DNA from: Eledone cirrhosa
Lineage: Eukaryota
Length of the DNA stretch: 64,000 nucleotides
Direction of reading: 5' to 3'
Assembly (NCBI GenBank): GCA_964016885.1
Contig: OZ024763.1
Location: 18,290,001 to 18,354,000 of the forward strand
Part shown: positions 25,387-37,544 of the stretch, piece by piece
Layout of the letters: the number at the start of each line of letters is the position of its first letter
Numbering within the stretch: the first letter of the stretch is position 1
Program-made: the position numbers and the translations under genes
The notes under the pieces: generated by a model
Seen by the model: only the letters and a program-made list of their open reading frames with translations
The model's database searches: none
Told to the model about the DNA's origin: nothing

Positions 25387-27757
25387 GATGCTGTAGTGAG
25401 AAGGGCCTGTCTAACCCATGTAATCATGGAACAATGGACATAAGTGGTGAGAGCTGATCTCAAGATCACTGAAGCCTACAGAGGAGATGACAAAAGAATG
25501 CAACAAGTGGAGAGATGCTGTAGTGAGAAGGGCCTGTCTAACCCATGTAATCATGGAACAATGGACATAAGTGGTGAGAGCTGATCTCAAGATCACTGAA
25601 GCCTACAAAGGAGATGACAAAAGAATGCAACAAATGGAGAGATGCTGTAGTGAGAAGGGCCTGTCTAACCCATGTAATCATGGAACAATGGACATAAGTG
25701 GTGAGAGCTGATCTCAAGATCACTGAAGCCTACAGAGGAGATGACAAAAGAATGCAACAAGTGGAGAGATGCTGTAGTGAGAAGGGCCTGTCTAACCCAT
25801 GTAATCATGGAACAATGGACATAAGTGGTGAGAGCTGATCTCAAGATCACTGAAGCCTACAGAGGAGATGACAAAAGAATGCAACAAGTGGAGAGATGCT
25901 GTAGTGAGAAGGACCTGTCTAACCCATGTAATCATGGAACAATGGACATAAGTGGTGAGAGCTGATCTCAAGATCACTGAAGCCTACAGAGGAGATGACA
26001 AAAGAATGCAACAAGTGGAGAGATGCTGTAGTGAGAAGGGCCTGTCTAACCCATGTAATCATGGAACAATGGACATAAGTGGTGAGAGCTGATCTCAAGA
26101 TCACTGAAGCCTACAGAAGAGATGACAAAAGAATGCAACAAGTGGAGAGATGCTGTAGTGAGAAGGGCCTGTCTAACCCATGTAATCATGGAACAATGGA
26201 CATAAGTGGTGAGAGCTGATCTCAAGATCACTGAAGCCTACAGAAGAGATGACAAAAGAATGCAACAAGTGGAGAGATGCTGTAGTGAGAAGGGCCTGTC
26301 TAACCCATGTAATCATGGAACAATGGACATAAGTGGTGAGAGCTGATCTCAAGATCACTGAAGCCTACAGAGGAGATGACAAAAGAATGCAACAAGTGGA
26401 GAGATGCTGTAGTGAGAAGGGCCTGTCTAACCCATGTAATCATGGAACAATGGACATAAGTGGTGAGAGCTGATCTCAAGATCACTGAAGCCTACAAAGG
26501 AGATGACAAAAGAATGCAACAAGTGGAGAGATGCTGTAGTGAGAAGGGCCTGTCTAACCCATGTAATCATGGAACAATGGACATAAGTGGTGAGAGCTGA
26601 TCTCAAGATCACTGAAGCCTACAAAGGAGATGACAAAAGAATGCAACAAATGGAGAGATGCTGTAGTGAGAAGGGCCTGTCTAACCCATGTAATCATGGA
26701 ACAATGGACATAAGTGGTGAGAGCTGATCTCAAGATCACTGAAGCCTACAGAGGAGATGACAAAAGAATGCAACAAGTGGAGAGATGCTGTAGTGAGAAG
26801 GGCCTGTCTAACCCATGTAATCATGGAACAATGGACATAAGTGGTGAGAGCTGATCTCAAGATCACTGAAGCCTACAGAAGAGATGACAAAAGAATGCAA
26901 CAAGTGGAGAGATGCTGTAGTGAGAAGGGCCTGTCTAACCCATGTAATCATGGAACAATGGACATAAGTGGTGAGAGCTGATCTCAAGATCACTGAAGCC
27001 TACAAAGGAGATGACAAAAGAATGCAACAAGTGGAGAGATGCTGTAGTGAGAAGGGCCTGTCTAACCCATGTAATCATGGAACAATGGACATAAGTGGTG
27101 AGAGCTGATCTCAAGATCACTGAAGCCTACAGAAGAGATGACAAAAGAATGCAACAAGTGGAGAGATGCTGTAGTGAGAAGGGCCTGTCTAACCCATGTA
27201 ATCATGGAACAATGGACATAAGTGGTGAGAGCTGATCTCAAGATCACTGAAGCCTACAGAGGAGATGACAAAAGAATGCAACAAGTGGAGAGATGCTGTA
27301 GTGAGAAGGGCCTGTCTAACCCATGTAATCATGGAACAATGGACATAAGTGGTGAGAGCTGATCTCAAGATCACTGAAGCCTACAGAAGAGATGACAAAA
27401 GAATGCAACAAGTGGAGAGATGCTGTAGTGAGAAGGGCCTGTCTAACCCATGTAATCATGGAACAATGGACATAAGTGGTGAGAGCTGATCTCAAGATCA
27501 CTGAAGCCTACAGAAGAGATGACAAAAGAATGCAACAAGTGGAGAGATGCTGTAGTGAGAAGGGCCTGTCTAACCCATGTAATCATGGAACAATGGACAT
27601 AAGTGGTGAGAGCTGATCTCAAGATCACTGAAGCCTACAAAGGAGATGACAAAAGAATGCAACAAGTGGAGAGATGCTGTAGTGAGAAGGGCCTGTCTAA
27701 CCCATGTAATCATGGGACAATGGACGTAAAATAATCAGGATGATGATGATGATGATG
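25387..27757 (+). repeat. 127-bp near-perfect tandem array, about 18 copies, ending in a (GAT)n tail
   Basis: Near-identical 61-aa ORFs recur every 127 bp with few variant sites. Confidence 0.97.
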
Positions 27758-28559
27758 AGAGTCTTGTTGAGTACACCGTAATCTCCCTAGTGCTGGGGCC
27801 ACAATAAAATACAGCTAGTTCCCTCTATAAAGGGGTTACTGCTAGGAGGGTTTCTAACCATAGTAACCATACCAAAATGAAAGGTTGAAAGGACTTTTGT
27901 TGTGTCAACTACATGACAACCTCCTGATAAAATACATCTAGTACACCCTGTAAAGGGATTGCTTTTTATGTCCAGATGCACGTGGCTTTGTGCTTAGGGA
28001 ACTCGGTTTACAATCGTAAGATTGTGAGTTTGATTTTCGGCAGCATGTTGTATCCTTGAGCAAGACATTTTATTTCACGTTGCTCCAGTTCACTCGGCTG
28101 GCATCAATGAGTTGTACCTGTAATTCAAAGGGCCTGCCTTGTCACATTCTGTGTCACACTGAATCTCCAGCAGAACTACGTTAAGGGAACGCGTCTGTGG
28201 AATGCTCAGCCACTTGTACGTTAATTTCATGAGCAAGTTGTTCTGTAGATCAGATCAACTGAAATACTCATCGTATAACCTACAGCGTGTCAGTTATATA
28301 CATATATATATATATATATCATCATCATCATCATCATTTTACATCCGTTTTTCCCTGCTTGCAAGGGTGGGACGGGAACTGATTCTGGCTTGATTTCTAC
28401 AGCTGGATGCCCTTCCTAACACCAACCTCATTTACAGTGAGTGCTGGGTGCTTTTTTTCCGTGGCACCTCCACGACCGCTTTACAGTGGAATGATAGGGA
28501 CCCCAGTCCCTATCATCTCATTTCTACAGCTGAGCAAACTATATATATATGTATGTATG

Positions 28560-28778
28560 TATGTATGTAAAAGGTAAACAGAAATAACAACACAATCGGT
28601 ACAGTACATGGAAGGAATATATTAGGTTAACGCTTGAAATAGCAGGAAGAGGGTCTTGATGTTTCAGATGCTAGTCCTTCATCAGAAGAAGAAATGAGAA
28701 ATTAGATAGATCGAGGGGACAGGCGAGTTGGAATTGGAAAAAATGTCTTTAGAGAAAAATAACAGGTCCATTCATGTG
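28560..28778 (-). mobile_element. Penelope-like terminal-repeat remnant with degenerate hammerhead motif (28654-28689)
   Basis: Minus strand tctt CTGATGA a ggac tagc atct GAAA c ATC aaga. Homologous to 36437-36652. Confidence 0.6.
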
Positions 28779-28871
28779 TGTGTTGTTTCCTCATGTGACG
28801 TACATTGACGGAACAAGTATCAGAACAAGTAACAGCCAAAGTATCGAAAGACAAAAAAGGGCAATAGTTAC

Positions 28872-28986
28872 CTCCCTTCACCATTGTTGTCCTCATCGTC
28901 AGCCTGCGGGTTGGCGCCACTCGTCTCTTTATACAGGTACCTGTAGAAACCACTCAGATCCTTCTGTTTGGTAACATCCAATAAAG
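28872..28986 (-). CDS. NSRP1: NSRP1 exon 6: (A)LLDVTKQKDLSGFYRYLYKETSGANPQADDEDNNGEG
   Basis: LDVTKQKDLSGFYR is the hallmark NSRP1/CCDC55 motif. ttctcttcag acceptor, gtaact donor, phases 1 and 2. Confidence 0.95.
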
Positions 28987-29054
28987 CTGAAGAGAAAAGT
29001 GGAGCAAACACAGGAACACATAAGTAAATATATTTGTCAGTTTTATATCAAATA

Positions 29055-29975
29055 ACAATAATTGTTTCTATGTTTGGCACAAGGCCAGCAATTATCCCAG
29101 TGCATTACTGGTACTTTGTTTTATCGACCCCGTAAGGATGAAAGGCAAAGTCAACCTCGGCGGGATTTGAACTCAGATCGTAAAGGGACGTAACTATGCT
29201 GGAAAGCATGGCGTCCCGACCCTCTACTGATACTGCCAATCCACGCCCTTTATATCAAATAATAATAATTGTTTCTATGTTTGGCACAAGGCCAGCAATT
29301 ACCCCAGTGCATTACTGGTACTTTATTTTATCGACCCCGTAAGGATGAAAGGCAAAGTTAACCTCGGCGGGATTTGAACTCAGAATGGCAAGGGCCATAA
29401 CTCTATGCATCAAAGCATGGCGTCCGACCCTAATGGTTTCTGATTTAGGCACAAGGCCAGCAATTTAAAGGGGATGGGGAATGTCGATTAAATCAACACT
29501 AGTGTATTACTGGTGCCTTATTTTATCAACCCCGTAAGGACAAAAGGCAAAGCTAACCTCGGTGGGATTTGATCTCAGGATGTAAAAGGCCATAGCTCTA
29601 TGCTGCAAAGCAGGGTGTCGACGCTCTACTGATAATGGTTTCTGACTTAGGCACACGACCAAGAATTTTGGGGGAGGAGGGGAATGTCGATTAAATCGAC
29701 CCCCCAGTGCATTACTGGTACTTTATTTTATCAATCCTCTTCAGGATGACAGGAATAGCTAACTTAGGCAGAATTTGAACTCAGAATGTAAAGGGCCATA
29801 ACTAAATGCTGCAAAGCATAATGTCCGACGCTCTGCCAATCACTGCCCCCCCCCCCCTCTTAGTAATAATTACCCAGTGCATTACTGGTACTTTTTCTTA
29901 TCGACCCTGTAAGGATGAACTGCAAAGGGCGGGATTTGAACTCAGAATGGCAAAGGCCATAACTCTATGGTATAT
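29055..29975 (-). mobile_element. Head-to-tail cluster of about 5 tRNA-derived SINE copies
   Basis: Repeated ctggtactttattttatcgaccccgtaaggatgaaaggcaaag core and ggatttgaactc (reverse B-box). Confidence 0.85.
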
Positions 29976-30377
29976 AATTATCATATAAGCATTATTATAT
30001 GAAACACCACCACCATCATCAAACTCCACCACCACCACCCCAACATCATCATACATAGCCACCGCCGCCACCACCACCCCACCCCCATTCATCATCATCA
30101 TCATCATCATTTCATTTTACGTCCGCTTTTCCCTGCTTGCAAGGGTGGGATACCATTATCATAACATAATCACCTCCATTATATTAATCACCACCACCAC
30201 CATACTAATCACTATGTATGTATCACCACCACCACCACTGCCCCTACTATTCTACCATCTTATCATTGTACCCAATCACCATACCAATCACTGCCATTTC
30301 CCCTACCATCAACATACCAACCTCCACTAATTGTTGTCTTCTCCACCAATCTACACCACTTTTACCACCACCATACC

Positions 30378-31725
30378 AGCCTACACCATCTTTACTACCA
30401 CCACCACCACTAACCTACACCATCTTTACTACCACCACCACCAGCAACCTACACCATCTTTACTACCACCACCACCACCAACCTACACCATCTTTACTAC
30501 CACCACCACCACCAACCTACACCATCTTTACAACCACCACCACCACCAACCTACACCATCTTTACTACCACCACCACCACCAACCTACACCATCTTTACA
30601 ACCACCACCACCACCAACCTACACCATCTTTACAACCACCACCACCACCAACCTACACCATCTTTACTACCACCACCACCAACCTACACCATCTTTACCA
30701 CCACCACCACCAACCTACACCATCTTTACTACCACCACCACCACCAACCTACACCATCTTTACTACCACCACCACCACCAACCTACACCATCTTTACAAC
30801 CACCACCACCACCAACCTACACCATCTTTACTACCACCACCACCACCAACCTACACCATCTTTACTACTACCACCACCACCAACCTACACCATCTTTACA
30901 ACCACCACCACCACCAACCTACACCATCTTTACTACCACCACCACCACCAACCTACACCATCTTTACTACTACCACCACCACCAACCTACACCATCTTTA
31001 CAACCACCACCACCACCAACCTACACCATCTTTACTACCACCACCACCACCAACCTACACCATCTTTACAACCACCACCACCACCAACCTACACCATCTT
31101 TACTACTACCACCACCACCAACCTACACCATCTTTACAACCACCACCACCACCAACCTACACCATCTTTACTACCACCACCACCACCAACCTACACCATC
31201 TTTACTACCACCACCACCACCAACCTACACCATCTTTACTACCACCACCACCACCAACCTACACCATCTTTACAACCACCACCACCACCAACCTACACCA
31301 TCTTTACTACCACCACCACCAACAACCTACACCATCTTTACTACCACCAACAACCTACACCATCTTTACTACCACCACCAACCTACACCATCTTTACTAC
31401 CACCACCACCACCAACCTACACCATCTTTACTACTACCACCACCACCAACCTACACCATCTTTACTACCACTACCACCACCACCACCACCAACCTACACC
31501 AACTTTACTACTACCACCACCACCAACCTACACCATCTTCACTACCACCACCAACCTACACCATCTTTACTACCACCACCACCACCACCACCAACCTACA
31601 CCATCTTTACTACCACCACCAACAACAACCTACACCATCTTTACTACCACTACCACCACCGTACCAACCTCAACCAATTACCATCTTCAGAAGTATTACC
31701 ACCACCACCACCACCACCACCACCA
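30378..31725. repeat. 34-bp (ACC)-rich minisatellite, about 38 copies
   Basis: Unit ccaacctacaccatctttactaccaccaccacca. Confidence 0.95.
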
Positions 31726-31745
31726 TATAACAACAACTCATTTAC

Positions 31746-31953
31746 CTTCCATCTCTGCTTCTTTCTTCTCTCTCTCCTCCTCCTCCTGTAGTTCCAACAA
31801 CTTCTTCTTGTAGGCTGTCGTAACAAACTCCTCTTTGTCTTTAAATTCCTCTCCTTCAGCCTCTCTTTCCTGTTGTATCTTCCTCTCGCTTCTCTTATCT
31901 TGTTCCTTCTTTCTGCTCGCTGCTGCCTTCAGTAGTCCCTCGATATATTTTGG
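31746..31953 (-). CDS. NSRP1: NSRP1 exon 5 (coiled-coil, DUF2040-type region)
   Basis: PKYIEGLLKAA...RKKEQDKRSERKIQQEREAEGEEFKDKEEFVTTAYKKKL matches the NSRP1 N-terminal domain. tttgcag acceptor, gtaaat donor. Confidence 0.96.
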
Positions 31954-32004
31954 CTGCAAACACAACAGAGAGGAAAATTAATTCATTATTATCATTATTA
32001 TTAA

Positions 32005-32195
32005 ATGGTGGATCGGCAGTATCGGTAGAGGGTCTGACGCCATTCTTTGACGCATGGAGTTACGGCCCTTGCCATTCTGAGTTCAAATCCTGCCGAGGTT
32101 AACTTTGCCTTTCATCCTTACGGGTTCGATAAAATAAAGTACCAGTAATGTACTGAGATAATTGCTGGCCTTGTGCCAAAAGTAGAAACAATTAT
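32005..32195 (+). mobile_element. tRNA-derived SINE, opposite orientation to the 29 kb and 34.7 kb copies
   Basis: ggcagtatcggtagag A-box, gagttcaaatcc B-box, gcctttcatcc...gataaaataaagtaccag core. Confidence 0.85.
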
Positions 32196-32689
32196 TATCA
32201 TTATTATTATTACCATACCACCCTTACTCTGTAAGGTTATGCTAGTACCACAAAACACCCAGCCCTCACTGTAAAGTAGTCGTGTAGGTGTCATGACAAA
32301 AAGCACCCAGTCCACTCTGTAAAGTAGTCGCGTAGGTGTCATGACAAAAAGCACCCAGTCCACCCTGTAAAGTAGTCGCGTAGGTGTCATGACAAAAAGC
32401 ACCCAGTCCACTCTGTAAATGTGGTTGGCATTAGGAAAGGCATCTAGCCATAGAAAACCAGCCAGAAACAGTCCTATATGGGCAAGACATGGTTACCTGA
32501 TCCAACTTGCCTCAAATGGGACAGACCTGTCTAACCCATGCTAGCGTGGAAGATGGATTTTAAACGATGATGATGATAACTATTAAGAGATCACAGCTCC
32601 GATACTATGGGTATGTGGTTAGAATGTCTCAGGAAAGAAACGCTGGACAGATTTTACATGTAAACCCAACCAGCAGGAGACCCAGGGAT

Positions 32690-33060
32690 GACATAGATAG
32701 TGTCTTTCAGTAAAAATATGGTAATGAAAGGGTTAAACAACATAGACAGTGTCTTTCATTAGAAATATGGTAATGAAATGGTTAAAGACATAGGTAGTGT
32801 CTTTCATTAGAAATATGGTAATGAAATGGTTAAAGACATAGGTAGTGTCTTTCATTAGAAATATGGTAATGAAAGGGTTAATGACATAGGTAGTGTCTTT
32901 CATTAAAAATACAGTAGACAGTGTCTTTTATGAGAAATATGGTAATCAAAGGGTCAATTAGGAATATGTTAATGAAAGTGCCAATTAAGAATAAGGTAAC
33001 AAAAGGATTAATGACATATGTAGCGTCTTTCATTAGAAATATTGTAATGAAAGGGTTAAC
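32690..33060. repeat. Degenerate tandem repeat of about 48 bp
   Basis: Recurrent gtgtctttcattagaaatatggtaatgaaagggttaa. Confidence 0.8.
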
Positions 33061-33199
33061 ACTTTTGTTAAGCAATATTTTAAATAAACAGCTTACTAAT
33101 GAAAAATTTAGTCATTTCATTAAATTCCTAAAGATTTTTGGTTATTTTCCAAATTAATTGAATCACACAGTAACGAAAGGGTTAAAAACAAATACGTAC

Positions 33200-33328
33200 C
33201 TTCTTATCTGCTTTGGTTTTTAACAAGAGGTCAGTTTTGATCTTCTCTGATTGTATGTCGTCGTAGATTTTGTCATATTCATAAACTGAGGGGTCATCTT
33301 GTAGCGCTTTATCAATTTCTAACTGTGC
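33200..33328 (-). CDS. NSRP1: NSRP1 exon 4: AQLEIDKALQDDPSVYEYDKIYDDIQ...KADKK
   Basis: Conserved AL.ED..VYEYD.IYD motif. gttttag acceptor, gtacgt donor, 129 nt, phase 0-0. Confidence 0.96.
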
Positions 33329-33919
33329 CTAAAACACACATCAAATATGGACAGAGGTCAGTTGACATTTTGGTCCTTTTAAACAATAACAACAACAAAA
33401 CCAACAATAAAAAATAAAAAAAAAACCTTGCTCAATCCTTTGATAACAAAACTAATTCGTTATCAAACCAATTAAAATATATGAATTTAGAGACAATTCA
33501 TTTCCAAATTGCCACATCATCATCATCGTTTAACGTCTATCTTCCACGCTAGCATGGGTTTAGACGGGAATTGTCCCACTTGAGGCAAGATTGGTCGGGA
33601 GACTGTGTCTTGCTCGTCTGGCAGGTTTTCTACGGCTGGATGCCCTTCCTAACACCAACCACGTTTACAGTGTGGCCTGTGACCAGTAGATAGTATTAGC
33701 AATGGAACGACCTTTAACCCTTTAGCATTTAAACAGGCTGCATCCAGCCAGAATTCTCTCACCTCTTTCTGTTCGAACCGTACATAACTGGCCGCTCATA
33801 CTGATTTTAAGGTATTGTTCTCAAAATAATATCAAAATCTCATAGATTCAATATTATGTAAGGTAAAGCCTTTACTGCGAAAATACAATAGTAAATATAG
33901 AGTAATGTAAATGCTAAAG

Positions 33920-34196
33920 CAGGGGTGTACAGCATATTCCATTAGCGGGCCACTTTTGAACATTGGAACAACTATTAGGGCCATCAATATTTATTATCTC
34001 TATTCCAAAGATTCACCACGACTTCTTTCCATAACATGGAACTGGGAAATTATAACACACATAACCCTATCAGTGAAGCCCCTTGGTATAGGTCAACTAA
34101 CAGAAAATTGTATTACGGTTACGAAAAAAATAATAAATAAGTCTACAAGGTAAAAATAAAAACGGTCATCGCGGGTCAGATTGTTCCACACCCCTG
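33920..34196. mobile_element. hAT-like MITE nested in the terminal repeat of a piggyBac-like MITE
   Basis: CAGGGGTG...CACCCCTG termini. 8-bp flanking duplication TGCTAAAG / TGCAAAAG. Confidence 0.75.
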
Positions 34197-34747
34197 TGCA
34201 AAAGGGTTAAGTTATGTTCCAAACACCAGTTTAATAATGTGAGAGTTAGTTGTATTACTACTAAATCCTTCCAAATTATTTGAAAATAGTAGGTAGTATC
34301 TTTCAATGAAAGTGTGTGGCTTAGTGGTTAGAGAAGTAGATTCACAATCATGAGGCTGTGAGTTCGATTCTTGGACCAGAGCAGGCGTTATATTCTTGAA
34401 CAAGACACTTTATTTCACATTGCTATTCCTACCAGAAGTTGCGACCGGTAGATAGTAACAAAAATGGAAAGACCAATGGAAACACCGTTTCCTTGGTCTG
34501 ATTTGATCAGTTCCTCCCCACTTGGAAAACGAATGAGATCTGAGATCTTGTCAATCATTTCCTTCATTCCTAAACCACAAATATAAACAGAAATCAACAT
34601 TTTAGTCCTTATAAACAACACATTACTACCGACTGTTTGTTACCACACCATTTTGACCACTTGTATTTGTGAGTCTATTATTTCGGTCATTACCCAAGAT
34701 TTACAACCATAGGTAAGCACTGGTTGGTACATTGCCTTTAAAATTTA

Positions 34748-34937
34748 ATTGTTTCTACTTTAGGCACAAGGCCAGCAATTACCCAGTGCATTACTGGTAC
34801 TTTATTTTATCGACCCCCGTAAGGATGAAAGGCAAAGTCAACCTCGGCGGGATTTGAACTCAGATCGTAAAGGGACGTAACTATGCTGGAAAGCATGGCG
34901 TCCGACCCTCTACTGATACTGCCAATCTACCGCCCTT
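34748..34937 (-). mobile_element. tRNA-derived SINE with a target-site duplication of about 22 bp
   Basis: Flanked by tacattgccttta(a/g)aatttaat on both sides. Confidence 0.88.
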
Positions 34938-34979
34938 TACATTGCCTTTAGAATTTAATGAGTAAAAATCATACTCTAC

Positions 34980-35045
34980 CTGTTTTTTCAGTTTGGCTTT
35001 CCGTGACTCTTTCTGTAGTGATGCACTGAATACTCCTTGTTCGTC
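34980..35045 (-). CDS. NSRP1: NSRP1 exon 3: DEQGVFSASLQKESRKAKLKKQ
   Basis: ttcttctgtag acceptor, gtagag donor, 66 nt, phase 0-0. SLQ.E..K...KQ resembles NSRP1. Confidence 0.9.
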
Positions 35046-35209
35046 CTACAGAAGAAACAACAACAACAAGCAATGAAAGCAAAGATATTACTCAAACATA
35101 TTTTTCCCATTTTATTATATACATATTTGCACACATCTTTCACTACATAAACTTATATTCATGCATACGCATACAAACATTCACGCACACACATGCATAT
35201 ATCATAGAG

Positions 35210-35532
35210 GCACATGGCTTAGTGGTTAGAGCATTGGCCTTGCAATCGAAAGGTTGTGAGTTCAATTCTCAGACCAGGTGATGTGTTGTTTCCTTCAGCA
35301 AGACACTTTATTTCACATTGCTCCAGTTTACTCAGCTGTAGAGATGAGATGATAGGGACCCCAGTCCCTATCATTCCACTGCAAAGTGGTCGTGTAGGTG
35401 CCACGGCAAAAAAGCACCCAGCACTCACTGTAAATGAGGTTGGTGTTAGGAAGGGCATCCAGCTGTAGAAATCAAGCCAGAATCAGTTCGCGTCCCACCC
35501 TTGCAAGCAGGGAAAAGCGGACATAAAATGAT
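35210..35532 (+). mobile_element. Full-length tRNA-derived SINE with RTE-like tail
   Basis: tggcttagtggttagagc A-box, gagttcaattc B-box, tail ggacataaaatgat. Confidence 0.88.
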
Positions 35533-36524
35533 ATCATACATTTCACAACACGCTCGTTCGAAATTTTAACGTCTTTTCATTTCATTTCACTTAAATCTGC
35601 TCCCATACAAACAAGTCAATCCGATCAAATTTTAAGTCTGTCATAGGGTTACTCCCTTGATAAAGGGTTTTTAAACGCTTTTAAATTTGCTGAGGTAAGA
35701 TTCTTTTGTTATCTTGGCAATTTAACATTCTTCATACGCATTGTGTTGGTCTTCAAAATTTAAATTTGTGTTTCATTTTCAACAATGCTTCAAACAAGCT
35801 ACAAAACTCTTATTTTTTTTTTATTTTTTACTCTGAAGATATTTTTTATTCAATGTAAAAATATATCATGTAAATATAATTTAATAGAAAAAGAAAAAAA
35901 AATTTAGATTGAGAAGAAAGAATGGAATGTAAAATAAAAAAATATTTTTCAAAAATGGAAAAGGAAGGGAAAGGCAAGGGCTCTAGTGTCACAGAAGAAT
36001 GAGGAGGGTGAGGGTGACTGAGTTCTGGGCCTAGGGCACGGTGGTGATGGGGCTGCGCCACGCGGACAAGACCTCAAAAGCGTTCAATGCGGACAATGGC
36101 CAGCGATACCTACTGCAACAGCCACCCCACCCCACAGGGGTCCTTCAGTTCTACTTTTTAACCATTTAGATGAGGGAAGGGCAATGACTATGACCCCTTT
36201 CAAGGTCTCCCTAAGATTGGTGGAAGGTAAAGCAGACCTGTGAGCATTTTCAAGGGCCCTTAATGCTGAAGGAAAGAAGAGGAGACCCACACTCCCTGCC
36301 CATGACCATTTTCAAGATTACCCCGAGACAGGTGGAACAAATAGCAGTGGTCACTTAAGACTGGTAGAAGGAAGAGCAATCTCCCTGACTTTATTGAAGG
36401 TTCCCTAACTATATATATATTTTGCAAGCAATGTCAACATGAATGGACCTATTATTTTTATCTAAAGACATTTTTTCCAATTCCATACCGCCCGTCCCTT
36501 CAATCTATCTTATTTCTCATTCTT

Positions 36525-36560
36525 TCTTCTGATGAAGGACTAGCGTCCGAAACGTTAAGA
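36525..36560 (+). ncRNA. Minimal type I hammerhead ribozyme-like motif in a Penelope-like remnant (36437-36652)
   Basis: tctt CTGATGA a GGAC tagc GTCC GAAA c GTT aaga: intact core, 4-bp stem II, 4-bp stem I, palindromic ACGT stem III. Confidence 0.6.
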
Positions 36561-37039
36561 CCCTCTTCCTGCTATATCAAGCGTCAACCTAATATATCCC
36601 TTCCATATACTGTACCGATTGTGTTATTATTTCTGTTTACCTTTTACATACATATATATATCTAGTTGATAAATAAAACAAAACAGACACAGGGATGCAA
36701 AATTACAAAGTCTTATTAGGTTCACACTTAGAGGAAATGGAGGAGGGTTCTATGTTTGGGAAGGAAGTCCTTCGTCAGGAAAGTTCTGATAGGGAGAGAA
36801 CAGCTTGGTACATGAAAGTTGTATGTGAAAGGTAGGAAAAGGGTGTTAGGAAGAGATTGTTAGGTTGAGAGGGTGGAAGGTGAGAGGTCAGGTATTTGAG
36901 AGTGGAGAGAGGTGGAGGGTACAGGAGTGTCATGCGTGTGGTTGTATGTGTGTACTGATGGGATGAAATTGGTAGGTGTGAATTATTGCTTCAGCCTGTG
37001 TGTGAACACGTGTGTCTCTGAGGCTTATATAGTTAGTGG

Positions 37040-37515
37040 AGGCAGATGGCTTAGTGGTTAGAGCATTGGCCTTGCAATTGAAAGGTTCTGAGTTCAATTC
37101 TCAGACTGGGTGATGTGTTGTTTCCTTGAGCAAGACACTTTATTTCACAATGCTCCAGTTTACTCAGCTGTAGAAATGAGATGATAGGGACTATCATTCC
37201 ACTGTAAAGTGGACGTGTAGGTGCCACGGTAAAAAAATAAAGCACTCAACCCATACTGTAAAGTGGTCGTGGAGGTGCCACGCCAAAAAAAGCACCCAGC
37301 CCACACTGTAAAGTGGTCATGGAAGCGCCACGGGAAAAAGCACCCAGCCCACACTGTAAAGTGAACATGTAGGTGCCACGGAAAAAAGCACCCAGCACTC
37401 ACTGTAAATGAGGTTGGTGTTAGGAAGGGCATCCAGCTGTAGAAATCAAGCCAGAATCAGTTCCCGTCCCACCCTTGCAAGTAGGGAAAAGCGGACGTAA
37501 AATGATGATGATGAT
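37040..37515 (+). mobile_element. Full-length tRNA-derived SINE with about 4 internal 48-bp repeats
   Basis: Same head and tail as the 35210 copy, expanded internal unit, (GAT)n tail. Confidence 0.88.
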
Positions 37516-37544
37516 GTGCGAGTGTGTGTGTGTGTGTCTATGAG

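Noticed and set aside
25411-27628. Array of 18 near-identical 61-aa ORFs as a peptide gene cluster
   Set aside because: Overlapping by-products of the 127-bp unit with non-ATG starts.
30218-31813. 531-aa and 486-aa His/Pro/Thr extensin-like ORFs
   Set aside because: 34-bp (ACC)-rich minisatellite open in multiple frames, antisense to NSRP1.
35210-35290. tRNA gene (also 32005, 37040, 4985)
   Set aside because: A and B boxes are present but no complete cloverleaf is evident, and each continues into a SINE body and tail.
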